A stretch of DNA of 44,771 nt from Candidatus Zambryskiibacteriota bacterium (lineage in GTDB: Bacteria; Patescibacteriota; Minisyncoccia; Phycocordibacterales; DATDWN01): assembly GCA_003173855.1 (NCBI GenBank), contig PPGI01000014.1, positions 1-44,771 of the forward strand. Direction: 5' to 3'. The notes under the pieces are model-generated. The model was given only the letters and a program-made list of their open reading frames with translations, was not told the origin of the DNA and made no database searches. Each line of letters begins with the position of its first letter. Positions within the stretch are counted from its first letter, which is position 1. Positions 1 through 8,560 of this stretch are shown in pieces. The translations under genes and the position numbers were made by a program.

Positions 1-3
1 TTG

Positions 4-74
4 CTGCCGACCAGGGAATCGAACCCCAATTACCTCCTCCAAAGGGAGATGTCCTACCGTTAGACGAGTCGGCA
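4..74 (-). tRNA. tRNA-Gln(TTG)
   Basis: Reverse complement folds as a cloverleaf: TGCCGAC/GTCGGCA acceptor stem, anticodon loop CT-TTG-GA, T-loop GGTTCGATTCC; CCA not encoded. Confidence 0.95.
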
Positions 75-171
75 ATATTATCTATTAGTTTTATTGCAGA
101 CAATAAAACAATCTAATATTACACTTTTTCTGACTTTTTGCTAGGAAATAGAAATAAAATATTGAATTAAT

Positions 172-200
172 TTGACATATGATTTTTTTCATGATATTCT
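172..200 (+). promoter_or_regulatory. sigma70-type promoter with extended -10, followed by AGGAGG at 207-212
   Basis: TTGACA(172-177)-17 bp-TATTCT(195-200) with TG at 192-193. Confidence 0.6.
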
Positions 201-337
201 TCGGACAGGAGGAAAAATAAAAAAGAAATTAAATGGAGATATTGATGATGGATGTATGAGATCTATTGCCTTGACGATAAGTGGAAAGAATCCAATTAAA
301 GTATACTTTGGGAAACCAAAATGATAGAATTCCCCAT

Positions 338-673
338 ATGAAAAATCCGTACATAAATGCATTAGTAGCCTTTGGATATATTGTCGGCCTTGTTTTTGTT
401 ATGTTTAAGGTAGTAGCCCAATCACAAATTGGGCAAAACACGACAATTCTTGCACCAATGGCTGTACTATGTCTGCTTGTCTTATCAGTGGCACTTATGG
501 GAGTATTATTTTTTTACGAACCAGCACGACTTTTTTTAGAAAATCATAAACGCGAAGCTCTAACTTTTTTTCTAAAAACTGTTGTTACTTTTGCCTGTCT
601 TCTAGCTATTCTATTAATATTAGTTGTTTATTCTAGTTACGTACCTCTTGGATCGAGTTTTTTGATAAAATAA
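338..673 (+). CDS. hypothetical membrane protein (about 3 TM)
   Basis: Three hydrophobic segments; ATG 338 preferred over upstream GTG 281. Confidence 0.75.
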   Translation: MKNPYINALVAFGYIVGLVFVMFKVVAQSQIGQNTTILAPMAVLCLLVLSVALMGVLFFYEPARLFLENHKREALTFFLKTVVTFACLLAILLILVVYSSYVPLGSSFLIK

Positions 674-735
674 TTATCATTTGAAATTCACAATTCTAAA
701 GTTATAATTTAGAAATTATTTTTAACTTAAATAAA

Positions 736-1029
736 ATGATAATCGTACAAGACACATTTGTTTGTAAACCTGGGAACGCTTCGAAAATGGCAAAACTTTT
801 TAAAGAAGTAATGAGTAATGATAAAAGTGTGCTGCATATCATGACTGATATGACGGGACAATACCACAGAGTAATAATGCTATCGAAACATGACAATCTA
901 ACAGCTTATGAAAAAAGTTGGGAAGAATATCAAAATCCAACTCCAGAGATGAAAAAATCAATGGAAAAAATGAATGGAATGAATGATATGTATGTCAGTG
1001 GTTCGCGAGAGATCTTCCAAGTCTGGTAA
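736..1029 (+). CDS. small protein, NIPSNAP/dimeric alpha-beta barrel-like
   Basis: 97 aa; N-terminal 'F.CKPG' and C-terminal 'GSREIF' pattern resemble NIPSNAP-like proteins. Confidence 0.6.
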   Translation: MIIVQDTFVCKPGNASKMAKLFKEVMSNDKSVLHIMTDMTGQYHRVIMLSKHDNLTAYEKSWEEYQNPTPEMKKSMEKMNGMNDMYVSGSREIFQVW

Positions 1030-1089
1030 ACTTCATAATTTCTACATTTTAATTGTCCATAATTAATGATTATCAGTTAAAGATAATTT

Positions 1090-1344
1090 ATGGCACAAAT
1101 AATCAATAATTCACGACCAAACGACCCAGTTGTTGTAGATAATGGAGGAGGTTGGGCAGTTGCGGTCATTGTCTTGCTTATAGTTCTTGCAATAGGAGCG
1201 TATGCGTTAATCAGACATTATAGGCCAGCAGCAACTGGAGGATCAAATCCAAGTACAAATATTAATGTAAGTGTTCCAAATCCTGTCGGCGGTGCAAGCG
1301 GAGGTTCAAGTGCTCCTGATACAGCACCAAATTACAATCCCTAA
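1090..1344 (+). CDS. single-pass small membrane protein with low-complexity tail
   Basis: One TM helix followed by an N/P/G/S-rich tail; terminator follows. Confidence 0.75.
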   Translation: MAQIINNSRPNDPVVVDNGGGWAVAVIVLLIVLAIGAYALIRHYRPAATGGSNPSTNINVSVPNPVGGASGGSSAPDTAPNYNP

Positions 1345-1371
1345 TTATTAGTAAATTCTAGAATTTCCAAC

Positions 1372-1404
1372 AAAGTAAAAAAGCCCGATCGGGCTTTTTT
1401 ACTT
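1372..1404. terminator. bidirectional intrinsic terminator
   Basis: AAGTAAAAAAGCCCGATCGGGCTTTTTTACTT perfect palindrome between convergent genes. Confidence 0.85.
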
Positions 1405-1418
1405 ACTTCTTATATATG

Positions 1419-1601
1419 CTATCTAGTCCCGCGCTGTTCCCGATAGATTTCTCTAGTGCCTGCGCTACCTGAGAACCCTATAATGGCGATTAGCAATCCA
1501 ATTATCGCCAGGGTCCACGTTAATGCTGCACCTGTTAAACCTACGAATGCCAGAACGAAAAGTATTAGTCCGAGCACTCCATTCAATGTATTTTGCCACA
1601 T
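1419..1601 (-). CDS. small 2-TM protein, SPW-repeat-like
   Basis: 60 aa, 'WQN.LNGVLGL' start and two hydrophobic helices. Confidence 0.65.
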   Translation of the reverse strand: MWQNTLNGVLGLILFVLAFVGLTGAALTWTLAIIGLLIAIIGFSGSAGTREIYREQRGTR

Positions 1602-1725
1602 ATGTTTTATTGAATTTTAATGCTAAACGACCTTTGCATAACTCATTCTATATAATGAACATTTAGATCAGATGAATTATGAAGATGTAGATGATATAAT
1701 TAATTATTATTCAATAGCCAAAAAT

Positions 1726-2151
1726 ATGAGTAAACATAATTTGGACAAGTATAGTTTTCTTTGGTCAGAATTGCGTTTAGTAGTTGCAGCGCTGGCACTT
1801 TTTCTCGGCGGAATTCCTCCAGCATTAAAAGTTTTCGGTTACAGTAGTGCTGTTCTTTCATTATTAAAATTTTCCTGGATTATTTCTGGAGTAGCATCAG
1901 CCTATTTAATTTATAGATGGAAGCAAAATAACAAAAATCTTTTCGGAGTTAAGGTCCAAAAAGATTTTAATATTTTTTTGGTCAGTATTATTTCTGGACT
2001 TAATCTTGGTGTTGCAGGACTTTTAGGAACAAATATAGGAATGAACATTTCCAGTGCATATCTAATATATGTTATTGTTGGATTAATTTATCTTTACAGC
2101 GCATTTTATCTTTGGTCACGCTTTAAAACACACGGCGCTCGCCTTTTTTAA
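1726..2151 (+). CDS. hypothetical 4-TM membrane protein
   Basis: Hydrophobic ORF; ATG 1726 lies downstream of TATAAT near 1695. Confidence 0.75.
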   Translation: MSKHNLDKYSFLWSELRLVVAALALFLGGIPPALKVFGYSSAVLSLLKFSWIISGVASAYLIYRWKQNNKNLFGVKVQKDFNIFLVSIISGLNLGVAGLLGTNIGMNISSAYLIYVIVGLIYLYSAFYLWSRFKTHGARLF

Positions 2152-2161
2152 ATTAATTAGT

Positions 2162-3418
2162 TTAGTTTGAAGTATCGCGAATTAAATTTGGACTAATAGT
2201 ATTTCCAGATACAACTCCATTGATTTTTACAGTATCTCCAGAATGGAGTGCGTTTATTGGAATCTGAATGCCATTTATATTCCAAATGGCGGTGTTTCTA
2301 TGCGGAATAACGATATATGAGATGCCGCTTGTATCAGCTAAGTTAAAGCTTGTGTCAGTAACATTTGAGACTATACCCACAAAGTATGTTTGAGGACTTG
2401 TCGGAACAACGTAGCCATTATTTGGTGGCGCTGGTGTTTGAGGTACTGGTGTAGGGACGGGAGTAGGATTTGGAACCGGACTTGGAACTGGAGTCGGTAC
2501 GGGTGTCGGGACTGGAACAGGAGTTGGTTGTGGCGAAGGTACGGGTGTTGGAACAGGTGTAGGTTGAGAGAAAACTGTTATTGTCGCTGAATTTGTTGCC
2601 ATTCCTCCAGGACCAGAACAAGTTAAAGTATAAGTTGAATTAGTGGATGGATATACTATTTGTGAACCTGAAGTTGGAGCTTGGCCAATCCAGGCACCAC
2701 TTGCGTTGCAAGTTGAGGTATTAGTCGTAGACCATGAAAGTGTTGAGGCTCCTCCAAAAACTATATTGTTTGGTGAAGCAAATATTGTTACAGTTGGTTG
2801 AGGTGTTGGTGTAGGTGTTGGTACTGGAGTCGGAACAGGTGTTGGAACTGGCATAGGAGTTGGTTGTGGACGAGGAATAGGAGCCGGGATAGGTGCTGGT
2901 GTTGGTACTGGAGTTGGTGTATGCACTGGTGTAGGAGTATTTTGCGACCAATCTCTAATAAATGTTGCGTTTACAGTAAATGATTGGGTGGTGCTAATCG
3001 GTCCTTCGACACCAACAAAATCTCCAGCCTTTATATTTCCTAAATTAACAGTATTGTTTGTCTGTATTCTCCAGGGACCAATCCAACTTGAGACAATGAT
3101 TATTCCATTTTGCACGGACTGAACTGTTCCTCGAATCAAGACATTCCCTTGGGAATCAATGTTCAAAACTGCTGGAAAATTAAAATTGTTTTGAACATTG
3201 CCAACAATATTTACTGTATTTGTATGCGGGTCATTTTGTGTCAGGCTCTGATCAGCTACTCCATTGTTTTCAAGTTCTGTAGTTGTCGTGGCATACGTCG
3301 TAGGAGTAAATGCAGAATGTGTATCTGCAATCAATTTTCTATTTGCAACAACAACCATAACAAGAAGCACAGCAGCAAAAAGACTAGCAGAATAAAGAAT
3401 GATTTTTTTAGTTTTCAT
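2162..3418 (-). CDS. Pro/Thr-rich surface protein with DUF5666-like OB domains and an Ig/PKD-like domain
   Basis: N-terminal anchor, two PTP(V) repeat linkers, 'GDFVGVEG'/'GDTVKING' OB-like motifs, 'STLSWST...TYTLTC' Ig-like module. Confidence 0.75.
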   Translation of the reverse strand: MKTKKIILYSASLFAAVLLVMVVVANRKLIADTHSAFTPTTYATTTTELENNGVADQSLTQNDPHTNTVNIVGNVQNNFNFPAVLNIDSQGNVLIRGTVQSVQNGIIIVSSWIGPWRIQTNNTVNLGNIKAGDFVGVEGPISTTQSFTVNATFIRDWSQNTPTPVHTPTPVPTPAPIPAPIPRPQPTPMPVPTPVPTPVPTPTPTPQPTVTIFASPNNIVFGGASTLSWSTTNTSTCNASGAWIGQAPTSGSQIVYPSTNSTYTLTCSGPGGMATNSATITVFSQPTPVPTPVPSPQPTPVPVPTPVPTPVPSPVPNPTPVPTPVPQTPAPPNNGYVVPTSPQTYFVGIVSNVTDTSFNLADTSGISYIVIPHRNTAIWNINGIQIPINALHSGDTVKINGVVSGNTISPNLIRDTSN

Positions 3419-3517
3419 GAAGGTAAATTTACATTTTTAATGTGAAACAATTTTACAAAAGTAAAGGTGATGCTTTTATGAATGAAATAGGTGTAGCCGG
3501 TTTGATATAATTTATAA

Positions 3518-3892
3518 ATGGAGGAAGAACCAGTAAAAGAATACAGCTCGCGTGTTCGACAAATCTACCTTTTAATGGCTGTAATTCTGCTTGTTTCTGC
3601 AGCTTTTTTTAAAAACGAAGTTCCGTTTCCTGTTCCACTTTCGGTTTTTATGATTCTGCTACTAGTTATTTTTGGTGGATTGACGAATCCGAAATTAAAA
3701 TGGGTAATGAAAATGGATTTTGGTGTTTCAATTCTCGCATTTCTTGTTTTCGGATCTTACGTTATGTCTGCATACGGCGGCAAATCAGCCTTATTTTTCG
3801 GTGCATCCGTGGCTTTAGCAATTTTGTCGATACTTGCACTCTATTTTAATTCCGAAAGTTTGCGGGAAAATTTAAAACCATCAAGTTCATAA
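3518..3892 (+). CDS. hypothetical 4-TM membrane protein
   Basis: Four hydrophobic segments; TATAAT just upstream of the ATG. Confidence 0.75.
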   Translation: MEEEPVKEYSSRVRQIYLLMAVILLVSAAFFKNEVPFPVPLSVFMILLLVIFGGLTNPKLKWVMKMDFGVSILAFLVFGSYVMSAYGGKSALFFGASVALAILSILALYFNSESLRENLKPSSS

Positions 3893-4059
3893 ATTTCATA
3901 TTTTTTTCATCCAATTTCACACCGAAGTCTCTATTTTTTCGCAATTTCATCTGATCTTAATCAATTCTCAGTATAATTTTGGTTGCTCTGCGTAAATTCA
4001 AGCGGAGCTTCTTATTAGTTTATAGTGATCAATTTATTATTAACTAAATAAAATAAATT

Positions 4060-4308
4060 ATGGCTACAAAAACCGTAAACCCAACAGAAGTTCAAAAATA
4101 TCTGTCGGGTATTGATTTCCCTGCTGATAAAGCAGAAATCATCTCTTATGCTAAAAGCAAGGGAGCTCCTAATGAAGTAATCGATGCACTAAATGGGCTT
4201 CCTGATATGGATTACAACAATAGCGCTGAAATTTCCTCTCAATTCGGAGGTGGAGGAGGAAAAGGAGGCGGTAGTGGTGGTGGACGAGGTGGAGGATCTG
4301 ATATGTAA
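4060..4308 (+). CDS. DUF2795 domain protein with Gly-rich tail
   Basis: 'L.GIDFPA.K..II.YA...GAP..V...L..LP...Y' DUF2795 signature. Confidence 0.85.
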   Translation: MATKTVNPTEVQKYLSGIDFPADKAEIISYAKSKGAPNEVIDALNGLPDMDYNNSAEISSQFGGGGGKGGGSGGGRGGGSDM

Positions 4309-4372
4309 AACTTAATAATTTCCCACTTACAAAAGAGAGGGCGCACGCCTTCTTTTTTGTTATAATAGTAGA

Positions 4373-4843
4373 ATGAGAAAACAAATTACTTTTATTATAA
4401 TTTTAGTTTTAATTGGAGGTGGTTTAATTTGGTACAATTTTTTTAGGACACAAGTGCCTATGACGGGTCAAAATAATAATGGTGAACAGCAAAAATTTTT
4501 TACATACAATAATGCTTCACCGGACTTGATTACTGTTCAATTGCCATACCCAGGAGCAGTTGTTGGCAAGCAATTTAGCGTTTTAGGAAAAGCTCGAGGC
4601 AGTTGGTATTTTGAAGCTTCGTTTCCAGTAAAAGTTTTAGATAAAAATGGAAATGTCCTTGCGCAAACTCCAGCTCAAGCCCAAGGGGATTGGATGACAA
4701 CAGAATTTGTTCCATTTAAAGCAGATTTAACTGTTCCACAATCCTACATTGGTCCTGCAACACTAGTTTTAAAAAACGACAATCCATCCGGTGATCCAGC
4801 TCGAGATAAATCACTCTCATTTCCAATTACAATCGAGTATTAA
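4373..4843 (+). CDS. membrane-anchored Gmad2-type immunoglobulin-like domain protein
   Basis: N-terminal TM; 'G.ARG.WYFEASFPV...WMT..FVPF...L..DNPSG' signature. Confidence 0.8.
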   Translation: MRKQITFIIILVLIGGGLIWYNFFRTQVPMTGQNNNGEQQKFFTYNNASPDLITVQLPYPGAVVGKQFSVLGKARGSWYFEASFPVKVLDKNGNVLAQTPAQAQGDWMTTEFVPFKADLTVPQSYIGPATLVLKNDNPSGDPARDKSLSFPITIEY

Positions 4844-4918
4844 TTCTTTCTCCATCTAGTTTATAATAAACTCAAGATACTTATCCCGTTAGGACGACAC
4901 AGTTTCTTTCGGGAATGA

Positions 4919-4938
4919 TACTTCGATATATCGAAGTA
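4919..4938. repeat. 20-bp palindrome TACTTCGATATATCGAAGTA (copy 1 of 4)
   Basis: Perfect palindrome; related copies at 11152, 41079 and 41283. Confidence 0.85.
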
Positions 4939-4960
4939 AAAAATTTTATTAATAATTTAT

Positions 4961-5602
4961 ATGAAGATTACAAAATTTGGACATTGTTGTTTGCTAATTG
5001 AGACGAGGGGGAAAAAGATTTTGACTGACCCTGGAAGTTTTACGACCGATCAAAACAATGTTAAGGGTATTGATATTGTTTTAATCACTCACGAACACGC
5101 CGATCATTTTCATGTTGAATCTGTAAAGAAAATAAAAGAAAATAATCCGAACGCTATTATCATCACTAATTCAGCAGTTGGAAAGTTATTGGACAAAGAA
5201 AATATTTCTCATTCTGTTTTAGAAGGAAAAACAATGGATGATTTTGGTGAGATTTCTATTCAAGCGTATGATCATAGGCACGAAGAAATTTTTGAGGAGT
5301 TTGGCCAAGTCCAAAATACTGGATATTTTATAGCTGATGAATTGTTTTATCCAGGTGATTCATATACTGAACCTGGTAGGCCAGTGCCAATTTTAGCTCT
5401 GCCTGTTGCTGGACCATGGTGCAAAATTTCTGATGCGCTTCGATATGCATTGCATGTTAAACCAAAAAAAGCTTTTCCAGTTCACGATGCTGTTGTAGCA
5501 ACCGAAGCAGTTGTTTTTTATCATATGGTTCCAGAAACTGTTTTGACTCAATCTGGTATCGAATTTGTCTCAATGAAAGCAGGTGATACAATAGATTTCT
5601 AA
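4961..5602 (+). CDS. MBL-fold metallo-hydrolase
   Basis: THEHADH motif, 'GH.C...TDPG', 'PGDS', 'PVHD'. Confidence 0.92.
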   Translation: MKITKFGHCCLLIETRGKKILTDPGSFTTDQNNVKGIDIVLITHEHADHFHVESVKKIKENNPNAIIITNSAVGKLLDKENISHSVLEGKTMDDFGEISIQAYDHRHEEIFEEFGQVQNTGYFIADELFYPGDSYTEPGRPVPILALPVAGPWCKISDALRYALHVKPKKAFPVHDAVVATEAVVFYHMVPETVLTQSGIEFVSMKAGDTIDF

Positions 5603-5677
5603 TACTTGACAAGAAAGTAATTAATGTTACTCTTTTTTCAGACGTAATCGGTAACCTGTCGCCGATTTTAGACAGGA

Positions 5678-6295
5678 ATGGAGTTTGACATGTCTGTTGC
5701 GAAAAAGGGCAAGGTAGTGATGGTGAATCATCAGAGGTTGTTCGGATTCATTGAGGAGGAAGTAACGAATGATCAAGTTTTCTTTCACTTCAATGACTAC
5801 GCTCCACATTTCTTTGACTTTGGAGATGGAGTAGTTATCGCTTCTGCAGTAGGGAGTCATTTACCTACATATCCAAGGAAGGGTGATATTTTGTACTATC
5901 ACTCTGCTTTGGGGAGAAAAGGAAGACGAACAATTTCTTGGGTTTATGAAGTCCAGCACATTGCAGCTGAAACAGAAAAACTCAAGAAAGAAATTCTCGA
6001 ACTGAGGACAAAACCACCTTACTCAGGATCGGATCCGTTTCGATCGAGGAGTACAAACGACACGAGATATTCTCCCCCTCCGCCTCCACCCCCACCACCG
6101 CGACAGCCACAGACTCCACTCCCTTGGAGAGTTGTGCTCGCTATTCCATGGGGAACTACTATCACGAGAAAAATAGTGACAAGCCAGTATCGTAAGCTTG
6201 CCTTCGATCGTCATCCAGATCGTGGTGGAAGTCACCAAGCGATGGCAGATTTGAATCGAGCACGAGATGAGGCTCTCAGGTTCGTTACAGTTTAG
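5678..6295 (+). CDS. cold-shock-like OB domain / Pro linker / J-domain fusion protein
   Basis: 'GKV..VN..RLFGFI...VFFHFND' (RNP1/RNP2-like) and C-terminal 'YRKLA...HPDRGG....MA.LN.A'; own promoter at 5606-5633; start may be ATG 5690. Confidence 0.75.
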   Translation: MEFDMSVAKKGKVVMVNHQRLFGFIEEEVTNDQVFFHFNDYAPHFFDFGDGVVIASAVGSHLPTYPRKGDILYYHSALGRKGRRTISWVYEVQHIAAETEKLKKEILELRTKPPYSGSDPFRSRSTNDTRYSPPPPPPPPPRQPQTPLPWRVVLAIPWGTTITRKIVTSQYRKLAFDRHPDRGGSHQAMADLNRARDEALRFVTV

Positions 6296-6302
6296 ATTCG
6301 CG

Positions 6303-6330
6303 AGGCGTCGACTTTGGTCGGCGCCTTTTC
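6303..6330 (+). terminator. intrinsic terminator
   Basis: AGGCGTCGAC/GTCGGCGCCT stem followed by T-run. Confidence 0.8.
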
Positions 6331-6392
6331 TTATTCATCCTGTCTACATACAGCTAGTCTACAATTCAGATGTTACTAGTTAAATTTAAAAC

Positions 6393-6911
6393 ATGGCAAA
6401 AATTAATACATTACAAGATTCGTTTTTAGCGAAACTGCAGGCGCTTTACGACATCGAAAACGAGATCATAAAAGCCCTGCCAAAAATGGTGGAGGCAGCA
6501 AGTGATCCGGAATTAAAAGACGCGCTTAGCTCGCATTTAGAAGAAACAAAAGAACAAGCGCATAGGCTTGAGCAGGCATTTGAAATGCTTGAAGAAAAAC
6601 CGAAGAAATTAAAAGCCGAAGGTGTGCGGGGAATTATCGAAGACGGTAAATGGGTAATGGATGCTGATGCACCAGATGCGCTAAAAGATGCGATGCTGGC
6701 ATCTGCTGCTCGATATGTTGAGCATTACGAAATGGCAGGTTATATGTCTGCTATCGAGGAAGCAAGCCTTCTTGGCTACGATGACATTGCAGAATTGCTT
6801 TCCGATTCGCTTTCAGAAGAAAATGCAGCAGATGATAAATTAGTTTCAGTTATGAAAGATAGCATGGATGAATCACTCACTGCAGTCGGAGCGTCTGAAG
6901 AAGAGGAGTAA
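6393..6911 (+). CDS. YciE/YciF (DUF892) ferritin-like protein
   Basis: 'LYD.E......LPKM...A....L......HLEET..Q..RL' and 'VEHYEMA.Y' motifs. Confidence 0.9.
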   Translation: MAKINTLQDSFLAKLQALYDIENEIIKALPKMVEAASDPELKDALSSHLEETKEQAHRLEQAFEMLEEKPKKLKAEGVRGIIEDGKWVMDADAPDALKDAMLASAARYVEHYEMAGYMSAIEEASLLGYDDIAELLSDSLSEENAADDKLVSVMKDSMDESLTAVGASEEEE

Positions 6912-6922
6912 TAATTATTTAT

Positions 6923-7102
6923 ATGCCAACAAAATATGGACCAAAAACAAAAAAGAAGATGAAAAAGGTTATGCATGAGTGGAAGCATGGCGAGCTTAAG
7001 TCAGGTGGAAGTGGAGAAAAGGTAAAATCAAGGAAGCAGGCAATAGCTATCGGACTTTCTGAAGCTCGTCGTGGAGGTGGAAAGGTTCCAAGGAAGAAAT
7101 AG
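6923..7102 (+). CDS. DUF6496-like small basic protein (59 aa, below the ORF-track cutoff)
   Basis: Translated by hand: MPTKYGPKTKKKMKKVMHEWKHGELKSGGSGEKVKSRKQAIAIGLSEARRGGGKVPRKK. Confidence 0.88.
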   Translation: MPTKYGPKTKKKMKKVMHEWKHGELKSGGSGEKVKSRKQAIAIGLSEARRGGGKVPRKK

Positions 7103-7225
7103 GACAACACCCTATCACTTTTTGCAAATTTTAATATATGTTTTGCTATAAACACCCCCTCTATACAATATAGAGAGGGCTGTTATACTATAGAAGTCAC
7201 GTTTTATTAGTAATTTTTAAACATT

Positions 7226-7480
7226 ATGGCAAAAAGCAATTCAGCATTTATGAAGCCAATGAACGTTAGTTCAGATTTGGCTGTTATCGTCGGCAAAGGC
7301 CCAATGCCTCGATCAGAGGTTGTAAAGAAATTGTGGGTCTATATCAAGAAGAATGGTCTTCAAGATGAGAAGAACAAAAGGAACATAAATGCTGACAGCG
7401 ATCTGAAGAAAGTGTTCGGAGGTAAGGGAACTGTATCCATGTTCGAAATGACTAAGCTTGTATCTAAGCATTTGTCATAA
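7226..7480 (+). CDS. SWIB/MDM2 domain protein
   Basis: 'L..IVG...MPRSEVVKKLW.YIK...LQD..NKR.I..D..LK.VF' signature; terminator at 7502-7526. Confidence 0.93.
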   Translation: MAKSNSAFMKPMNVSSDLAVIVGKGPMPRSEVVKKLWVYIKKNGLQDEKNKRNINADSDLKKVFGGKGTVSMFEMTKLVSKHLS

Positions 7481-7569
7481 TCTCTCCTTGTGTGGTTTAT
7501 CAAAAACTCCCTAACTGGGAGTTTTTGTATTCATTGCAATTTTAGAAATAGTATGATAGCTTAGATAAC

Positions 7570-7725
7570 GGAAAATCCCCAAGGGCTGGGATCTCTCGGT
7601 TCGCAAAGTAAGAGGGCGAAAGCTTGAAAGGGATGTGTCCAACCAGTGAGTTGATTCTTCTCTAAAAGAAGAAAAAAATTATTTATGTAGTAAAGGGCGA
7701 CTTCCTTGTCAGGAGGTCGCCCTTG
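7570..7725 (+). ncRNA. candidate small structured RNA
   Basis: TTGCAA(7534)-17-TAGCTT(7557) with TG; 5' GGA..ATCCC pairs with GGGAT..TCC(7630-7640); GC-GAAA-GC hairpin; ends at hairpin 7693-7724. Confidence 0.4.
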
Positions 7726-7729
7726 TTCG

Positions 7730-8380
7730 TTATTGGCGAGATCCGTAGGATCCAGCATAACGTGTGTTGAACCAGCGAGCATGCGCTCGACTGATATTAA
7801 GTTCACGTAAGAAAGTTCTGTAATGTCCGCAGATCTGTCGAGGAGTCTCCTTGTCTACCAGTCTCCTCCGTATGAAGCCTGAAGCCATGTGCATGTAGAC
7901 GTGTGGAATATTTCCAGTGTACAGCTCATGGTCAAAAAGCTCTTGAGCAGTCCTTGTTGGTGTAATTGGAAAATTGCAGACCCAACGTACATAAGTCGCT
8001 CGACTGCGTACGCTTACTTCGAGTTCTTTGCAAGCTAGAAGCATAAATCGTATTTTCCCGAAGAAGTTCTCTTTTGAAAAGCAACTTCGTGAATCTCGAT
8101 TCAGATTGATCTTTGCTTGCGTTAAAATCATTTCGGCATCTTCTCTGGCGTTTGCTCGCATTTTACCTTGCCCTGTTTCCCAGAGAAGAATGTAATATTC
8201 GTATGTTTTTCTGAAGCGAAACAGAGATCTAATGATGTCGATCTGTTCTGGAGTAGTTAGCTCGAAATCCTCAATCAACTTTTCAAGAGTCCTTCTTTCT
8301 ACAAAGAGAAAGCTTTCTAGCATTTTCTCGGGCGTAAGATTTGTGCCCATGATCTCATTCAAAATACTGCTGTGCTGCAT
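7730..8380 (-). CDS. orphan hypothetical protein in a promoter/SD/terminator unit
   Basis: TTGACA(8424-8419)-16-TAATAT, GGAGG at 8390-8386, ATG 8380, terminator hairpin 7693-7724. Confidence 0.75.
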   Translation of the reverse strand: MQHSSILNEIMGTNLTPEKMLESFLFVERRTLEKLIEDFELTTPEQIDIIRSLFRFRKTYEYYILLWETGQGKMRANAREDAEMILTQAKINLNRDSRSCFSKENFFGKIRFMLLACKELEVSVRSRATYVRWVCNFPITPTRTAQELFDHELYTGNIPHVYMHMASGFIRRRLVDKETPRQICGHYRTFLRELNISRAHARWFNTRYAGSYGSRQ

Positions 8381-8482
8381 GAGCACCTCCGATTAAATAT
8401 TAACATTAAATCTCATATTGTCAAATTGTTAAATCAAGATTAATTGACATTTTTATGAATAAATATCGCAATACAATTATTC

Positions 8483-8507
8483 GTAACATTCATATTTTGC
8501 TAGCGTC
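8483..8507 (+). promoter_or_regulatory. putative ECF-sigma promoter GTAAC-N16-CGTC
   Basis: AAC...CGT spacing typical of ECF promoters; second copy at 9876-9901. Confidence 0.5.
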
Positions 8508-8560
8508 TCGTAGAGTACAGGTAACTCATAATACCTGTAATTATTCCTTAAATTACGCTT

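Noticed and set aside
2420-2940. Repetitive GGTGTTGGAACT-like tracts as a CRISPR or tandem array
   Set aside because: They encode Pro/Thr linkers of the 2162-3418 protein; no repeat-spacer structure or cas genes anywhere in the window
3886-3970. Repeated TTTCA words upstream of the DUF2795 gene as a regulator array
   Set aside because: Spacing is irregular and the words are expected in AT-rich DNA
6919-7155. 78-aa minus-strand ORF
   Set aside because: Antisense shadow of the plus-strand DUF6496-like gene at 6923-7102
7570-7640. c-di-GMP-I riboswitch
   Set aside because: CGCAAAG and GAAA words are in the wrong order and no same-strand gene follows
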